This document shows, piece after piece, positions 43,922-55,770 of a stretch of DNA of 64,000 bases. The number at the start of each line of letters is the position of its first letter. Position 1 is the first letter of the stretch. The translations under genes were made by a program, and so were the position numbers. Below the pieces are notes generated by a model. The model saw only the letters and a program-made list of their open reading frames with translations, was not told the origin of the DNA and did not search any database. The stretch is taken from positions 4,074-68,073 of the forward strand of contig JAFQSA010000057.1 in assembly GCA_017409765.1 (NCBI GenBank), given 5' to 3'. The DNA comes from Clostridia bacterium (GTDB lineage: Bacteria; Bacillota; Clostridia; Christensenellales; CAG-314).

Positions 43922-44515
43922 ATGAACAACTACGTTTACACTATTGGAAACAAAATCTACATAAATTTGACAAATCGTTGCTCCAACAACTGCGACTTTT
44001 GTATCCGCAAGGGCCGTGATGGAATGGAAAATCAACGCCTTTGGATTGATGCTGAGCCGGACGTACAAGACATCTTGGACCAACTGCCCGACAATCTTGA
44101 CGACTACGACGAGGAAATTGTTTTTTGCGGTTTTGGCGAGCCCACCTACAACCTTGATACGTTGGACGAGGTGGCAAGCTACCTCCATTGCATTGACAAA
44201 AAAACTCGCATCAACACCAACGGACAAGCAAATCTCATTCACAAGCAAGACGTATCGGACGTTATCGTGACAAGTTGCGACGTTATCAACATTTCCTTGA
44301 ACGAGTGCAACGCAAAAAAGTACCAAGCGCATTGCAAAAGTATCTACGGCGAAAAGGCATTTGATGCATTGCTGGAGTTTGCCACACTTTGCCTGCAAAA
44401 GGGCGGAAAGGTGGTATTTTCCGTTGTGGATAGCATTGGCTACGCGGACATCGAGGCGTGCAAAAAATTGGCGGAAAAGGTGGGCGTACCCCTTAGAGTG
44501 CGCGTGAAGGAATGA
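43922..44515 (+). CDS. TatD-associated radical SAM protein
   Basis: 197 aa. CSNNCDFC (CX3CX2C) cluster near the N-terminus, and FCGFGEP. The position next to tatD matches the family name as I recall it. Confidence 0.75.
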   Translation: MNNYVYTIGNKIYINLTNRCSNNCDFCIRKGRDGMENQRLWIDAEPDVQDILDQLPDNLDDYDEEIVFCGFGEPTYNLDTLDEVASYLHCIDKKTRINTNGQANLIHKQDVSDVIVTSCDVINISLNECNAKKYQAHCKSIYGEKAFDALLEFATLCLQKGGKVVFSVVDSIGYADIEACKKLAEKVGVPLRVRVKE

Positions 44516-45120
44516 TAAACAACTACGATTTGGCATTTAGGCAAAACAGCCGAAAGTACAAACTTGGCGACAAACTTTTGCTCCACGTTTGTTGTGCGCC
44601 CTGCACCACCTACTGCTTGACGCGTCTTGTGGACAAATTTGACGTGACGTTGTACTTTGCTAACGACAACATCACAGACTTTGACGAGTGGCAAAAGCGC
44701 CTTGCCGAAGTGCAAAAGTTGGTGGACATTGTCAACAATGGCGATTTCGAAGTGCAACCAAAGTTCCCTTTGAAACTGGTTGTGCAACCATTTGACAGCC
44801 AAAGATTTTTTGACGTGGCAAAGGGGTTGGAACTGTGCAAAGAGCGCGGACCACGTTGTACCGAGTGTTTCAAACTGCGCCTTGGCGACACGCACAACTA
44901 CGCAAAGGAACACGGCTTTGACTACTTTGGCACCACTTTGACGGTATCGCGCAGAAAGGATAGCATGGTTATCAACAAAGTTGGTTTGGAGGTTGCAACG
45001 GACGTAAGTTGGCTAGTTGCCGACTTCAAAAAGCACAACGGATTTGACGAAAGTTTGCGCCTTGCCGAAAAGTACGATTTGTACTGCCAAGACTACTGCG
45101 GATGTGTGTTTAGTAAATAA
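44512..45120 (+). CDS. queH: Epoxyqueuosine reductase QueH (DUF208)
   Basis: LLLHVCCAPCTTYC N-terminal motif and C-terminal YCQDYCGCVFS. 4-nt overlap with the upstream gene. Confidence 0.85.
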   Translation: MINNYDLAFRQNSRKYKLGDKLLLHVCCAPCTTYCLTRLVDKFDVTLYFANDNITDFDEWQKRLAEVQKLVDIVNNGDFEVQPKFPLKLVVQPFDSQRFFDVAKGLELCKERGPRCTECFKLRLGDTHNYAKEHGFDYFGTTLTVSRRKDSMVINKVGLEVATDVSWLVADFKKHNGFDESLRLAEKYDLYCQDYCGCVFSK

Positions 45121-45129
45121 TTGCAATAG

Positions 45130-45165
45130 AAAAAGGAAGTATCGAGTCGATACTTCCTTTTTTTG
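45130..45165. terminator. Bidirectional terminator between queH and cvpA
   Basis: GGAAGTATCGA-gt-CGATACTTCC stem flanked by A- and T-runs. Confidence 0.8.
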
Positions 45166-45184
45166 ACGTTTAGTTAAGTTAACA

Positions 45185-45724
45185 CTACACCGTTGGAATG
45201 AGTGCCTCTTCCAGCAGTTCGATGAGTTTTTTGAAAGCGGAGTTAACCAAGCCCTCGCCAATGGGGTTTGTTTTGAATACGTTTTGTACAATCCAACTTT
45301 GGTTGAAGGCCTCGCCGTACTTTTCGCGGATGGATGCAAAAAGGGTGTTTTCGTTTTGCATGAAAGCCGTAACGATGGAAACAACCAAGTACACCATCAC
45401 AACGCCAAGCACACCACCAATCAGACGGTTTGCGGTGTTGAGCAATTTGCTTTTGCCAATGAGTTTGAGCACAATGCGAGAAACCAAAAAGTACAACAAC
45501 CACACAAGTAGCATAGATGCAATGGCGCTTGCAATAGAACAGGTGTTTTCGTTGGGGATAACCTTGGAAATCAAGGGGAACAAAATGGAGGAAAATGATC
45601 CGCCGGCATACAGCACAACGAAAAATCCTGCCAAGTTTACGATGGGATTCAAAAATCCCTTTACCAAGCCCAGTACAAAAGATACCACAGCTACGGCAAT
45701 GATAATATAGTCAAGAACGAGCAT
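45185..45724 (-). CDS. cvpA: CvpA family membrane protein
   Basis: 179 aa. MLVLDYIIIAVAVVSFVLGLVKGF start and NRLIGGVLGVVMVYLVV block. Confidence 0.8.
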   Translation of the reverse strand: MLVLDYIIIAVAVVSFVLGLVKGFLNPIVNLAGFFVVLYAGGSFSSILFPLISKVIPNENTCSIASAIASMLLVWLLYFLVSRIVLKLIGKSKLLNTANRLIGGVLGVVMVYLVVSIVTAFMQNENTLFASIREKYGEAFNQSWIVQNVFKTNPIGEGLVNSAFKKLIELLEEALIPTV

Positions 45725-45737
45725 TGTTTTTTACCTC

Positions 45738-46631
45738 TTATTGAACGAAATCGATGCGAGCGCTACCTGTATCGACGTTGATTTCCAAAACTTGCGAGCC
45801 TGTGCCAATTTGGTCTTTGACATTGCAACTGCCGGTATCCACATCTACCAAGATGGAGTATTGCGCTTTGTCGCCATGGATTGTGCCACGGATAGAGCCT
45901 GTGTCACTTTCCACATGGATGGTTGTGTTGTTGGTTACTTCAAAGTTGATTGCGCCTGTGTCGGTGGAGAGATCCATGTGTTGAACCTGCATATCCACTT
46001 TGATAGCGCCTGTGTCGGTATCTACTGTGACGGTGTTTGCACTGCCTTCCAAATTGGTTGCACCGGTATCCACTTCCACATCCAAAGTGTCCGTTTTGCC
46101 TTGGAACATAACGGCGCCTGTGTTGGACTCGATGGAAACGTTGGTTGCGTTTTGTGTTACAACCTTGCATGCGCCTGTATCAAGTTCTACGTGGATGGAG
46201 CCTGCCTTGGAGTCCTCGATGCCAAGTGCGCCAACGTCTACGTCGGCATTGATGGAGTAGCCCGTCCAACTTTCGGGAATACCCACAACCAAGCACAACG
46301 TACTTCTACCAATGTGTATTGTGAGTGGTTTGCAATCTTGAACGATGTACAATGTGTTGTTTTCGATGCGTTTGGTTACGCTACATTTGTCGTGGTGAGT
46401 GAAATCGATTGTAACCTTGTCGCCAGGGACGTTGTAGAATGCCACCGCGTACAAATCGGCAGAAATGTCGATGTTAAGCATGGTTTCCAATGGGTTGGTG
46501 GTAATGTTGTCGTCACAATGTGGCAACATTTCTTCAGCAGACATCACCGATGTATCAACGCTACATGCCGAAAATACCATCGGTAGCAGACAAAGTGTTG
46601 CTATCAATACAAATACAAGTAGTTTTTTCAT
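45738..46631 (-). CDS. DUF4097-type beta-helical repeat lipoprotein (putative adhesin family)
   Basis: Lipobox VFSAC. Repeated (V/L)(D/E)(T/S)(D/N)TGA-x-x-(V/L) strands in the C-terminal two thirds. Confidence 0.7.
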   Translation of the reverse strand: MKKLLVFVLIATLCLLPMVFSACSVDTSVMSAEEMLPHCDDNITTNPLETMLNIDISADLYAVAFYNVPGDKVTIDFTHHDKCSVTKRIENNTLYIVQDCKPLTIHIGRSTLCLVVGIPESWTGYSINADVDVGALGIEDSKAGSIHVELDTGACKVVTQNATNVSIESNTGAVMFQGKTDTLDVEVDTGATNLEGSANTVTVDTDTGAIKVDMQVQHMDLSTDTGAINFEVTNNTTIHVESDTGSIRGTIHGDKAQYSILVDVDTGSCNVKDQIGTGSQVLEINVDTGSARIDFVQ

Positions 46632-46822
46632 AGTAGTACCTCTTTTGTTTTATTGTACAATATGTTTTGGTAATTGTCAATTGTTGTTTTTAGTAAAAAC
46701 AAATGCGCAAAAGAGTAGTTTTATTGCATAACCATTACACAAATTGTTGACAAATTGGCTAAATTTTAGTTGCGTGGGAAAGTTGTTAACCATTTTGCGG
46801 TAGTTTGATGTTGCAAAGAATA

Positions 46823-46850
46823 TTTTTTGCAAACGTGATGTTCGTGTTTT
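46823..46850 (+). repeat. Family C-like degenerate copy (TTTTTTGCAAACGTGATGTTCGTGTTTT)
   Basis: Abuts a Family A hairpin. Lies ~200 nt upstream of the DUF4097 gene. Confidence 0.35.
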
Positions 46851-46877
46851 GGGACGCCGAGGACGTCGTCCCCTACA
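46851..46877 (+). repeat. Family A GC hairpin repeat with a different stem (GGGACGCCGAGGACGTCGTCCCCTACA)
   Basis: The CCCCTAC 3' flank is conserved and the stem is replaced. Confidence 0.7.
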
Positions 46878-46976
46878 ATATATATATTCTAAAAACAAAT
46901 CTTGTGGGAATATGCAACCAAGGTGCGAACAAAGCGGAAGTGACACATATCAAGGTAATCAATTTGTTTGATAGAA

Positions 46977-47010
46977 AACAAAAAGCAGTAGAGTGTTCTA
47001 CTGCTTTTTA
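46977..47010 (-). terminator. Terminator of the gyrB-gyrA-argS operon
   Basis: AGCAGTAGA-acac-TCTACTGCT stem followed by a U-run on the minus strand. Confidence 0.8.
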
Positions 47011-47016
47011 ATTGTG

Positions 47017-48714
47017 TTACATTTTTTCAGGCGCTTCGATACCCAACAACGCAAGGCCCTTTTTCAAAACTGTTGCAGTTGCCTTGACAACTTGCAAACG
47101 CGCGTTTTGAACAGCTACGTCGTCGCAGATGACGCGGTGCTCGATGTAGAAACGGTTGAATGCTTGGGCAATATCGATGAGCAAGCCGGAAATTAGGCAT
47201 GGCTCGTACTTGGTTGCGGAGTCCTTGACAATTTGTGGGAAGGAGCGCAAAAGTTTGCACAAGCGGACAGTTTCGATGTTATCAAATGCGGATGGGTCAA
47301 CGGCAATCTTTGCGTTGGCGGAAAGTCCTGCCTTGGCAACGATGGAGTTGCAACGAGCGTGTGTGTATTGGAGATATGGCGCTGTTTCGCCATCGAAGTT
47401 AAGTACTCTGTCAAACGTGAAGGTGATATCCTTGATTTTGGAGTTTTCGAGAGCCGAGAACAATACCGCACCAACACCAACTTGTTCGGCAACCTTTTGG
47501 CGGTTGTCCAAATTGGGGTTTTTGGCTGTGATGATATCAAGGGACTTGGCAACTGCCTTGTTGATAACATCACGGAGCAAAACAACATTGCCCTTGCGGG
47601 TGGACATTGCGCCGTCCTCCAAACTTACCATACCGTAGGCAACGTGAACAAGGTCCTTTGCCCAATCAAGGTTGGCAAGTTCCAGAACTTTGAAAAATTG
47701 CTTGAAGTGCAAATTTTGTTGGTAAGCAACAACGTACAAGCACTTGTCGAAGTCGTACTCCTTCTTTCTCCAAATGGCTGCTGCGATATCGCGAGTTGCA
47801 TACAAACTGCTACCGTCGCTCTTTACAAGCAAGCATGGTGGCATGTTGTAGTCGGCAAGGTCAACAATTTGTGCGCCTTGGTTGACAGTTACAAGACCTT
47901 TTTCGCGGAGCATATCAAGTGGGCCGTCCATCTTGTCGTTGAAGAAACTTTCGCCATTCCAACTGTCGAAGTTAACGTTCAAGCGGTCGTAGATTTCCAT
48001 AACGTCCGCCAAAGTTACCTTTTTGAAGAATTGGAAAAGTTCTTGAGCCTCCTCGTCGCCCTTTTCGATTTTTACAAACCACTCGCGAGCCATGTCGGTG
48101 AGTTCGGGATGAGTTTCCTCCTCTTGGTGGAACTTGACGTACAATCTTTGCAATTCAGCAACGCCTTCGCGTTCGGCAACTTCGCGGTCGCCCCAAAGTT
48201 TGAAGGCAACAATCATTTTGCCAAATTGTGTGCCGTAGTCGCCAAGGTGGTTGATACCCACAACTTTGTAGCCAAGCGCATTGTAGATTTTGTACAAAGC
48301 GCTACCAATGGCTGTTGTGGAAAGGTGGCCAATGTGGAAGGATTTGCAAATGTTTACCGAACTGTAGTCGATGCAAATTGTTTTGCCGGCGCCAATATCG
48401 CTGTTGCCGTACTTGTCCCCTTGGGAGTTGATTTCGCCAAGGACTTCTTGCACCATTGCGTTGCGGTTTACAAAAAAGTTAAGGTAGCCGTTTACTGCCT
48501 CCACTTTGGTTACAACGTCGTCACAAACAATTTCGCTTGCAAGTTTTTGCGCGATCATCACAGGGGACATGCGCATTACCTTGGCAAGTTTGAAACAAGG
48601 AAATGCGTAGTCGCCAAAGTTGTCGTCCGCAGTTGGTGCAATCAAGTTGACAAGTTCATCTTTGTCGAGATCCACGTTGATTAAGTTTGCTATGTGTTTT
48701 TTGTAGTCAATCAT
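47017..48714 (-). CDS. argS: Arginine--tRNA ligase
   Basis: 565 aa. HIGH-type SFHIGHLST, an MSTRKG (KMSKS-like) motif, and a DALR anticodon-binding C-terminus. Confidence 0.95.
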   Translation of the reverse strand: MIDYKKHIANLINVDLDKDELVNLIAPTADDNFGDYAFPCFKLAKVMRMSPVMIAQKLASEIVCDDVVTKVEAVNGYLNFFVNRNAMVQEVLGEINSQGDKYGNSDIGAGKTICIDYSSVNICKSFHIGHLSTTAIGSALYKIYNALGYKVVGINHLGDYGTQFGKMIVAFKLWGDREVAEREGVAELQRLYVKFHQEEETHPELTDMAREWFVKIEKGDEEAQELFQFFKKVTLADVMEIYDRLNVNFDSWNGESFFNDKMDGPLDMLREKGLVTVNQGAQIVDLADYNMPPCLLVKSDGSSLYATRDIAAAIWRKKEYDFDKCLYVVAYQQNLHFKQFFKVLELANLDWAKDLVHVAYGMVSLEDGAMSTRKGNVVLLRDVINKAVAKSLDIITAKNPNLDNRQKVAEQVGVGAVLFSALENSKIKDITFTFDRVLNFDGETAPYLQYTHARCNSIVAKAGLSANAKIAVDPSAFDNIETVRLCKLLRSFPQIVKDSATKYEPCLISGLLIDIAQAFNRFYIEHRVICDDVAVQNARLQVVKATATVLKKGLALLGIEAPEKM

Positions 48715-48716
48715 TA

Positions 48717-51206
48717 TTACTCTCCATCGCCTTCGTCAGTTTCGTCGGAGGCGGGGCTTTCGGAAACGCAAACAACTTTTGTTTCCTCGCCGTGTTTGAT
48801 GTTCATAACCTTGACGCCCATTGTATCACGGCCAATCTTGGAAATTTCCTTGGCTTTGATACGGATAACGATGCCGTTGTCGGCAATGAGCATAAGGTCG
48901 TTTTCGGGATCGATAAGTTTCAAGCTTACAAGCTTGCCAGTTTTTTCGGTAAATACGCCCGCCTTGATACCCTTGCCTGCACGAGATTGCAAGCGGTAGT
49001 CGGACATATCGCTACGCTTTCCGTAGCCCTTTTCGGAAATGGTCACTGCTTCCAAGCCTTCGCGGATGATGGCCATGTCTACAACGTAGTCGCCATCGGC
49101 AAGTTCGATGGACTTGACACCTTGCGCTTCACGGCCCATGTTACGCACGTCACTTTCGGCAAAGCGGATGCACTTACCTTGGTGGCTGGCAATGATGATT
49201 TCCTCCTCGCCACTTGTCATATCCACACCGATAAGTTCGTCACCTTCCAACAAGGAGATGGCAATTTTACCAGTTTTGCGGATGGACTCGAACTCGGCAA
49301 GATCCGTCTTTTTGATAAGACCATTGCGTGTTGCCATAACAAGGTTACCGGTGCTATCTTCCTTGCGGGGGATAACTGCAGTTACCTTTTCGCCATTATC
49401 CAATTGCAACAGATTTACAATTGCACGGCCACGCGCTGTGCGTTCCGCCTCGGGAACTTCGTAGCCCTTGATGCAGTACACCTTGCCACGGCTTGTGAAG
49501 AACAACAAATCGTCGTGGGTGTTGGTGATAAACATGTTGGTTACAAAGTCCTCTTCGCGAGGTTTGTGCGCTGTTACGCCCTTGCCACCGCGTTTTTGTG
49601 TGCGGTACTCGGCAACTGGCAAACGCTTGATGTAGCCAAGGTGTGTCATGGAAATTACAACGTCTTCCTTTTCGATAAGGTCGCCGATGTCGATTTCCGA
49701 GTAGTCGGTGCAAATTTCCGTACGACGCGCTGTGCCGTACTTTGTTTTTACTTCGATAAGTTCGTTCTTGACAATTTCCTCGATTCTTGCAGGTGTTGCC
49801 AAGATGTCTTTGAGGTCTGCAATCAATGCTGCAAGTTGAGCAAGTTCGTTACGCAAAGTTTCCACTTCCAAGTGAGTAAGACGAGAAAGTTTCATTTCCA
49901 AAATGGCGTTTGCTTGACGGTCGCTCAAACCAAACTCTTCCATCAATGCTTGGAGTGCAGTTTGTCTGTCGGCACTACCTTTGATGATGGCAATAACGCG
50001 GTCGATGTTATCAAGCGCAATTACCAAACCTTCGATGATGTGGTAGCGGTCTTCGGCCTTTTCCAAGTCGTACTTGGTACGGCGTGTTACAACTTCCTTT
50101 TGGTGTGCGTTGTAGTGAACCAAAATTTCCTTCAAGGACAAAATTTTTGGTTCGCCGTCAGCAAGAGCCAACAAAATGATACCATCGCTTACTTGAAGTT
50201 GGCTGTGCTTGAACAATGTGTTCAAAACAACTTGAGCATTTGCATCGCGCTTGAGTTCGAAAACAATGCGCATACCGTGGCGGTCGGATTCGTCGCGGAT
50301 GTCGGAGATGCCGTCCACACGCTTGTCCTTGACCATGTCGGCAATGCTTGCAATAAGTTTGGATTTGTTAACTTGGTATGGTAGTTCGGTAACGATGATG
50401 CGCTCACGGCCGTTGTGTTCTTCAATTTCCGTCTTGGCGCGTACCAAAATGCTACCTTTACCAGTTTTGTAGGCATTGCGAACGCCCACGCGTCCCATCA
50501 TGATACCACCTGTTGGGTAGTCTGGCGCGGGAACGTACTTCATCAAGTCCTCGACGGTAATGTCGGGGTTTTCCATAACGGCAATTGCACCGTCGATTAC
50601 TTCCGAAAGGTTGTGAGGAGGGATGTTTGTTGCCATACCAACGGCAATACCATCGGCACCGTTTACCAACAAGTTGGGGAAACGGCTAGGCAATACCACC
50701 GGTTGCATCAAAGTGTTGTCGAAGTTGGGGTAGTAGTCTACTGTGTTTTTGTCAATTTCGCGGAGCATTTCGCTTGCAATCTTGGACAAGCGTGCTTCGG
50801 TGTAACGTTGAGCAGCGGCTGGGTCACCATCCACACTACCAAAGTTGCCTTGGCCATCAACCAATGGACAACGGATGGAAAAGTCTTGCGCAAGACGTAC
50901 AAGCGCTTCGTACACGGCGCTGTCACCGTGGGGGTGGTACTTACCCAAAACGTCACCGACAATACGCGCGCATTTGCGGTATGGCTTGTCGTTGTACAAG
51001 TTGAGTTCGCCCATTGCGTACAAAATACGACGGTGAACGGGTTTTAGACCATCGCGTACGTCGGGGATAGCACGGGATACGTTAACTGCCATCGCGTAGG
51101 AGATAAAGGACTTTTTCATTTCATCTTCCATCTTGATGGGCTTAACTTTGGTTGTTGCTAACGCTTGAATATAGTCAATGTTGATATGTTCATCTTTTTT
51201 TGCCAT
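48717..51206 (-). CDS. gyrA: DNA gyrase subunit A
   Basis: 829 aa. [23 protein letters not shown], the active-site Tyr region, and a C-terminal beta-pinwheel with an acidic tail. Confidence 0.97.
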   Translation of the reverse strand: MAKKDEHINIDYIQALATTKVKPIKMEDEMKKSFISYAMAVNVSRAIPDVRDGLKPVHRRILYAMGELNLYNDKPYRKCARIVGDVLGKYHPHGDSAVYEALVRLAQDFSIRCPLVDGQGNFGSVDGDPAAAQRYTEARLSKIASEMLREIDKNTVDYYPNFDNTLMQPVVLPSRFPNLLVNGADGIAVGMATNIPPHNLSEVIDGAIAVMENPDITVEDLMKYVPAPDYPTGGIMMGRVGVRNAYKTGKGSILVRAKTEIEEHNGRERIIVTELPYQVNKSKLIASIADMVKDKRVDGISDIRDESDRHGMRIVFELKRDANAQVVLNTLFKHSQLQVSDGIILLALADGEPKILSLKEILVHYNAHQKEVVTRRTKYDLEKAEDRYHIIEGLVIALDNIDRVIAIIKGSADRQTALQALMEEFGLSDRQANAILEMKLSRLTHLEVETLRNELAQLAALIADLKDILATPARIEEIVKNELIEVKTKYGTARRTEICTDYSEIDIGDLIEKEDVVISMTHLGYIKRLPVAEYRTQKRGGKGVTAHKPREEDFVTNMFITNTHDDLLFFTSRGKVYCIKGYEVPEAERTARGRAIVNLLQLDNGEKVTAVIPRKEDSTGNLVMATRNGLIKKTDLAEFESIRKTGKIAISLLEGDELIGVDMTSGEEEIIIASHQGKCIRFAESDVRNMGREAQGVKSIELADGDYVVDMAIIREGLEAVTISEKGYGKRSDMSDYRLQSRAGKGIKAGVFTEKTGKLVSLKLIDPENDLMLIADNGIVIRIKAKEISKIGRDTMGVKVMNIKHGEETKVVCVSESPASDETDEGDGE

Positions 51207-51220
51207 TGTAAGCCACCTTC

Positions 51221-53302
<2,082 letters not shown>

Positions 53303-53401
53303 TCATTGCCAATTTTAGGGGAAATAGACCATTTTTCAAGCAAATGGTCGGCTGGCCCTAAACTTTGCTCTAAAGGGGCGCAAACAATGTTTTTGTAACA
53401 G

Positions 53402-53430
53402 TTGAAATATGCAAAAATTTGTGGTATAAT
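53402..53430 (+). promoter_or_regulatory. Strong sigma-A promoter with an extended -10 (TTGAAA-17-TGgTATAAT)
   Basis: Read directly. Would give a ~280-nt leader before recF. Confidence 0.55.
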
Positions 53431-53614
53431 AGTTTGCGCGTGGGCAAATTTACAACAAAAAACCAAGTGTGTTTTGTGATTGCTACACCACCATTTTTGC
53501 AAAGAAAAACGGCAAAAATTTGATTACTAAAACAGTCAAAACACAGGGCGAATTTGTCTACAATACAATGTCGCGTTTGGGACAAAAATTGCATCCCGTG
53601 CAAAAAAGTTTCAA

Positions 53615-53644
53615 CAAAAATTGCACCACGTGTGCGCAAATTTT
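53615..53644 (-). repeat. Family C motif copy, opposite orientation (CAAAAATTGCACCACGTGTGCGCAAATTTT)
   Basis: Lies 73 nt upstream of the plus-strand recF gene, co-oriented with it. Confidence 0.6.
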
Positions 53645-53716
53645 GGCAAATATTACTGCAAAACTTTTGCGCCCCAAAACAAAAGGCAAACAAACAATAC
53701 CATCAAGGAAAAGGAT

Positions 53717-54817
53717 ATGAAAGTAACACAAATTCAACTGACAAACTACCGCAATCTTGCGCAACAAAAAGTTGTGCTTGGGCCGGGGTTGAATATTTTT
53801 GTTGGGGACAACGCTCAGGGTAAAACCAACCTTGTGGAGAGCGTCTATTTGTGTTGCATTGGAAAATCTCCCCGCACCGACAAGGACAAGGATTTGGTTA
53901 GATGGGGAGAGCAAAAGGCATTTGTTCGCGTAAACTACAACTGTCGATATGGCGATGGAGAAATTGCCATCGACCTAAAAACCCAAGGCAAAAAACAAAT
54001 TGCCGTAAACAGCGTGCCTATCACAAAAATGGCAGAGTTGATGGGATACCTCAACTGCATCTATTTTTCCCCAAACGAGATAAAAATTATTTCCCAATCC
54101 CCTGTGGAAAGGCGCAGATTTTTGGATATTGACCTGTGCCAAACGGACAAAAACTACTTTTACAGTTTGCAACGGCTAAACAAGGCGCTTGCGCAACGCA
54201 ACAACCTGTTGAAATCGGCGCAAAGTGTTGAACAACTGAAGGAAACTGTGTTTGTTTGGGACGAGCAAATTGCCGAAGAGGGCGCGCGCGTTGTGGCAAA
54301 ACGCAGGGCCTTTTGCGAAAAACTGAAGGTGTACGCAAAGCGCTGTCACGAAAAGTTGACGGACGGTAAGGAAACACTAGACCTAAGTTACGTCACACAA
54401 ATTGACGGAGAAAACGTAAAGGAACTTGCACAAAACTACCTACAACTTTTGCAAAACAGTTTGGAAAAGGACTTCAACTTGCGCCACACCTCCATTGGTT
54501 GTCAACGCGACGACATCTGCTTGAAAATCAACGGAGTGGACGTGAGAACGTTTGGTAGCCAAGGACAACTTCGAACCACCGCACTATCACTTAAACTTGC
54601 AGAGTTGATGATCTTCAAAGATATCATTGGCGAGTACCCTGTGTTGATACTAGACGACGTGTTGAGCGAGCTGGATTTGGACAGACAAAAGCGCCTACTG
54701 CACTTTGACAAGCGATTGCAAATACTGCTTACAACTGCAACGGAAATCCCCCAAGAACTGCTTGGCGAGTGCAAGCAATTTGTGATTACCAATGGCGTTT
54801 GCAGGGAAAAGAAATAG
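53717..54817 (+). CDS. recF: DNA replication and repair protein RecF
   Basis: ATG at 53717 with an AAGGAAAAGGA SD. Walker A GDNAQGKTN, signature-region GSQGQLRT, Walker B LILDDVLSELD. Confidence 0.9.
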   Translation: MKVTQIQLTNYRNLAQQKVVLGPGLNIFVGDNAQGKTNLVESVYLCCIGKSPRTDKDKDLVRWGEQKAFVRVNYNCRYGDGEIAIDLKTQGKKQIAVNSVPITKMAELMGYLNCIYFSPNEIKIISQSPVERRRFLDIDLCQTDKNYFYSLQRLNKALAQRNNLLKSAQSVEQLKETVFVWDEQIAEEGARVVAKRRAFCEKLKVYAKRCHEKLTDGKETLDLSYVTQIDGENVKELAQNYLQLLQNSLEKDFNLRHTSIGCQRDDICLKINGVDVRTFGSQGQLRTTALSLKLAELMIFKDIIGEYPVLILDDVLSELDLDRQKRLLHFDKRLQILLTTATEIPQELLGECKQFVITNGVCREKK

Positions 54818-54844
54818 TTGCACGTTTATACAATCAATATCAAA

Positions 54845-54880
54845 CAAAAAAGGACGTCTACACAAGACGTCCTTTTTTTG
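54845..54880. terminator. Bidirectional terminator shared by recF and the small Cys-rich gene
   Basis: AGGACGTCT-acaca-AGACGTCCT stem flanked by A- and T-runs. Confidence 0.8.
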
Positions 54881-54908
54881 CTTACAATTTGGTTTTGGAA
54901 AGGTTACT

Positions 54909-55169
54909 TTAGATACCGTTTAGGCCGAAGAAGGTATCGCCACAGCAACAGTTGTTGCCGTTCGACCAGTTGTTGCCGTTGCGCAATCCGTAGCAGTTGT
55001 TGTTCCAGCCGTTGCGACCGTTGTTGCATCCAATGTTTTTGAGGTAGCAATTTAGTAGCATGATGACAAATGCAATGGTCAACCCCGTTGTTAGCGAAAG
55101 GCGCCTGTTATCTTTGTCTAAAACGGCGTACAGTAACAATAGATACAAAAGACTTTTGGTAAGACTCAT
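54909..55169 (-). CDS. Small membrane protein with a Cys/Asn/Gly-rich C-terminal tail
   Basis: 86 aa. Strong AAGGGGGAAAAC SD. Two hydrophobic segments, then CNNGRNGWNNNCYGLRNGNNWSNGNNCCCGD. Has its own terminator. Confidence 0.5.
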   Translation of the reverse strand: MSLTKSLLYLLLLYAVLDKDNRRLSLTTGLTIAFVIMLLNCYLKNIGCNNGRNGWNNNCYGLRNGNNWSNGNNCCCGDTFFGLNGI

Positions 55170-55252
55170 GTTTTCCCCCTTGATTTTCCAAAGATTGTTT
55201 TTACCTTACAATATGCACAATTTTTCGACATTGTGACAAATGTACAATTTTT

Positions 55253-55270
55253 GTTGTAAAAAGGTACAAC
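55253..55270. promoter_or_regulatory. Perfect inverted repeat GTTGTA-N6-TACAAC in the arsR / small-gene divergent region (candidate operator)
   Basis: Read directly. Lies 33 nt upstream of the ArsR ATG. Confidence 0.3.
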
Positions 55271-55302
55271 CTGTAACAATATACTTGGGGGAAATACAAT
55301 TT

Positions 55303-55632
55303 ATGCTACAAGCGACACCACAAATTTTGGACGATTTGGACAGTTACCTTCCAACACAAAAGGACACGACAAAAATTGCGCAGTTTTTTGCCCTGCTTGC
55401 CGACCAAACAAGGGTAAGGATGCTTTCCGCATTGGCAATTGCGCCATTGTGCGTGACGGATCTTGCGCGCGTGTTGGGGCTCAATCAAACGACGGTATCG
55501 CACCAACTGCGACTACTGCGCGACGTGGGCATTGTGGAAACCAATCGCAAGGGCAAAATTATCCAGTACAAAATTGCCAATCCCAAAATAAACGAAATTT
55601 TGCTTGTGGGTGTGGAATACTTGGGCTATTGA
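55303..55632 (+). CDS. ArsR/SmtB family metalloregulator
   Basis: ATG at 55303 with a GGGGGAAA SD. LADQTRVRMLSAL, the CVTDLA metal-site/HTH start, and the recognition helix TVSHQLRLLR. Confidence 0.85.
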   Translation: MLQATPQILDDLDSYLPTQKDTTKIAQFFALLADQTRVRMLSALAIAPLCVTDLARVLGLNQTTVSHQLRLLRDVGIVETNRKGKIIQYKIANPKINEILLVGVEYLGY

Positions 55633-55734
55633 CTTGCGCTTTTTGTTGTGGTACAATTTGTTTAGCAAAGGGACTGTTGACAAATTTTGCCAACAAAACA
55701 AACCACAAAAATACGCAAAAAAGGTGCAAATTTG

Positions 55735-55755
55735 CAATACGTATCCGCAAAAATG
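55735..55755 (-). repeat. Family C motif copy, opposite orientation, 5'-truncated (CAATACGTATCCGCAAAAATG)
   Basis: Lies 16 nt upstream of the plus-strand HAD gene ATG, co-oriented with it. Confidence 0.6.
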
Positions 55756-55770
55756 CGCCGAGGAGGAGCA

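Noticed and set aside
48687-50384. A 565-codon plus-strand ORF, with similar ones at 47233-48684, 50415-51047, 56566-58188, 58104-59468, 59761-61107, 3630-4595, 45741-46586, 27005-27772, 35309-36187 and 12388-14799.
   Set aside because: All are codon-aligned antisense to genes with unmistakable family motifs (gyrA, argS, glpK and others). Their translations are low-complexity, Val/Gly/Phe/Cys-rich, and have no motif content. They are explained by avoidance of TTA/CTA/TCA in the sense genes.
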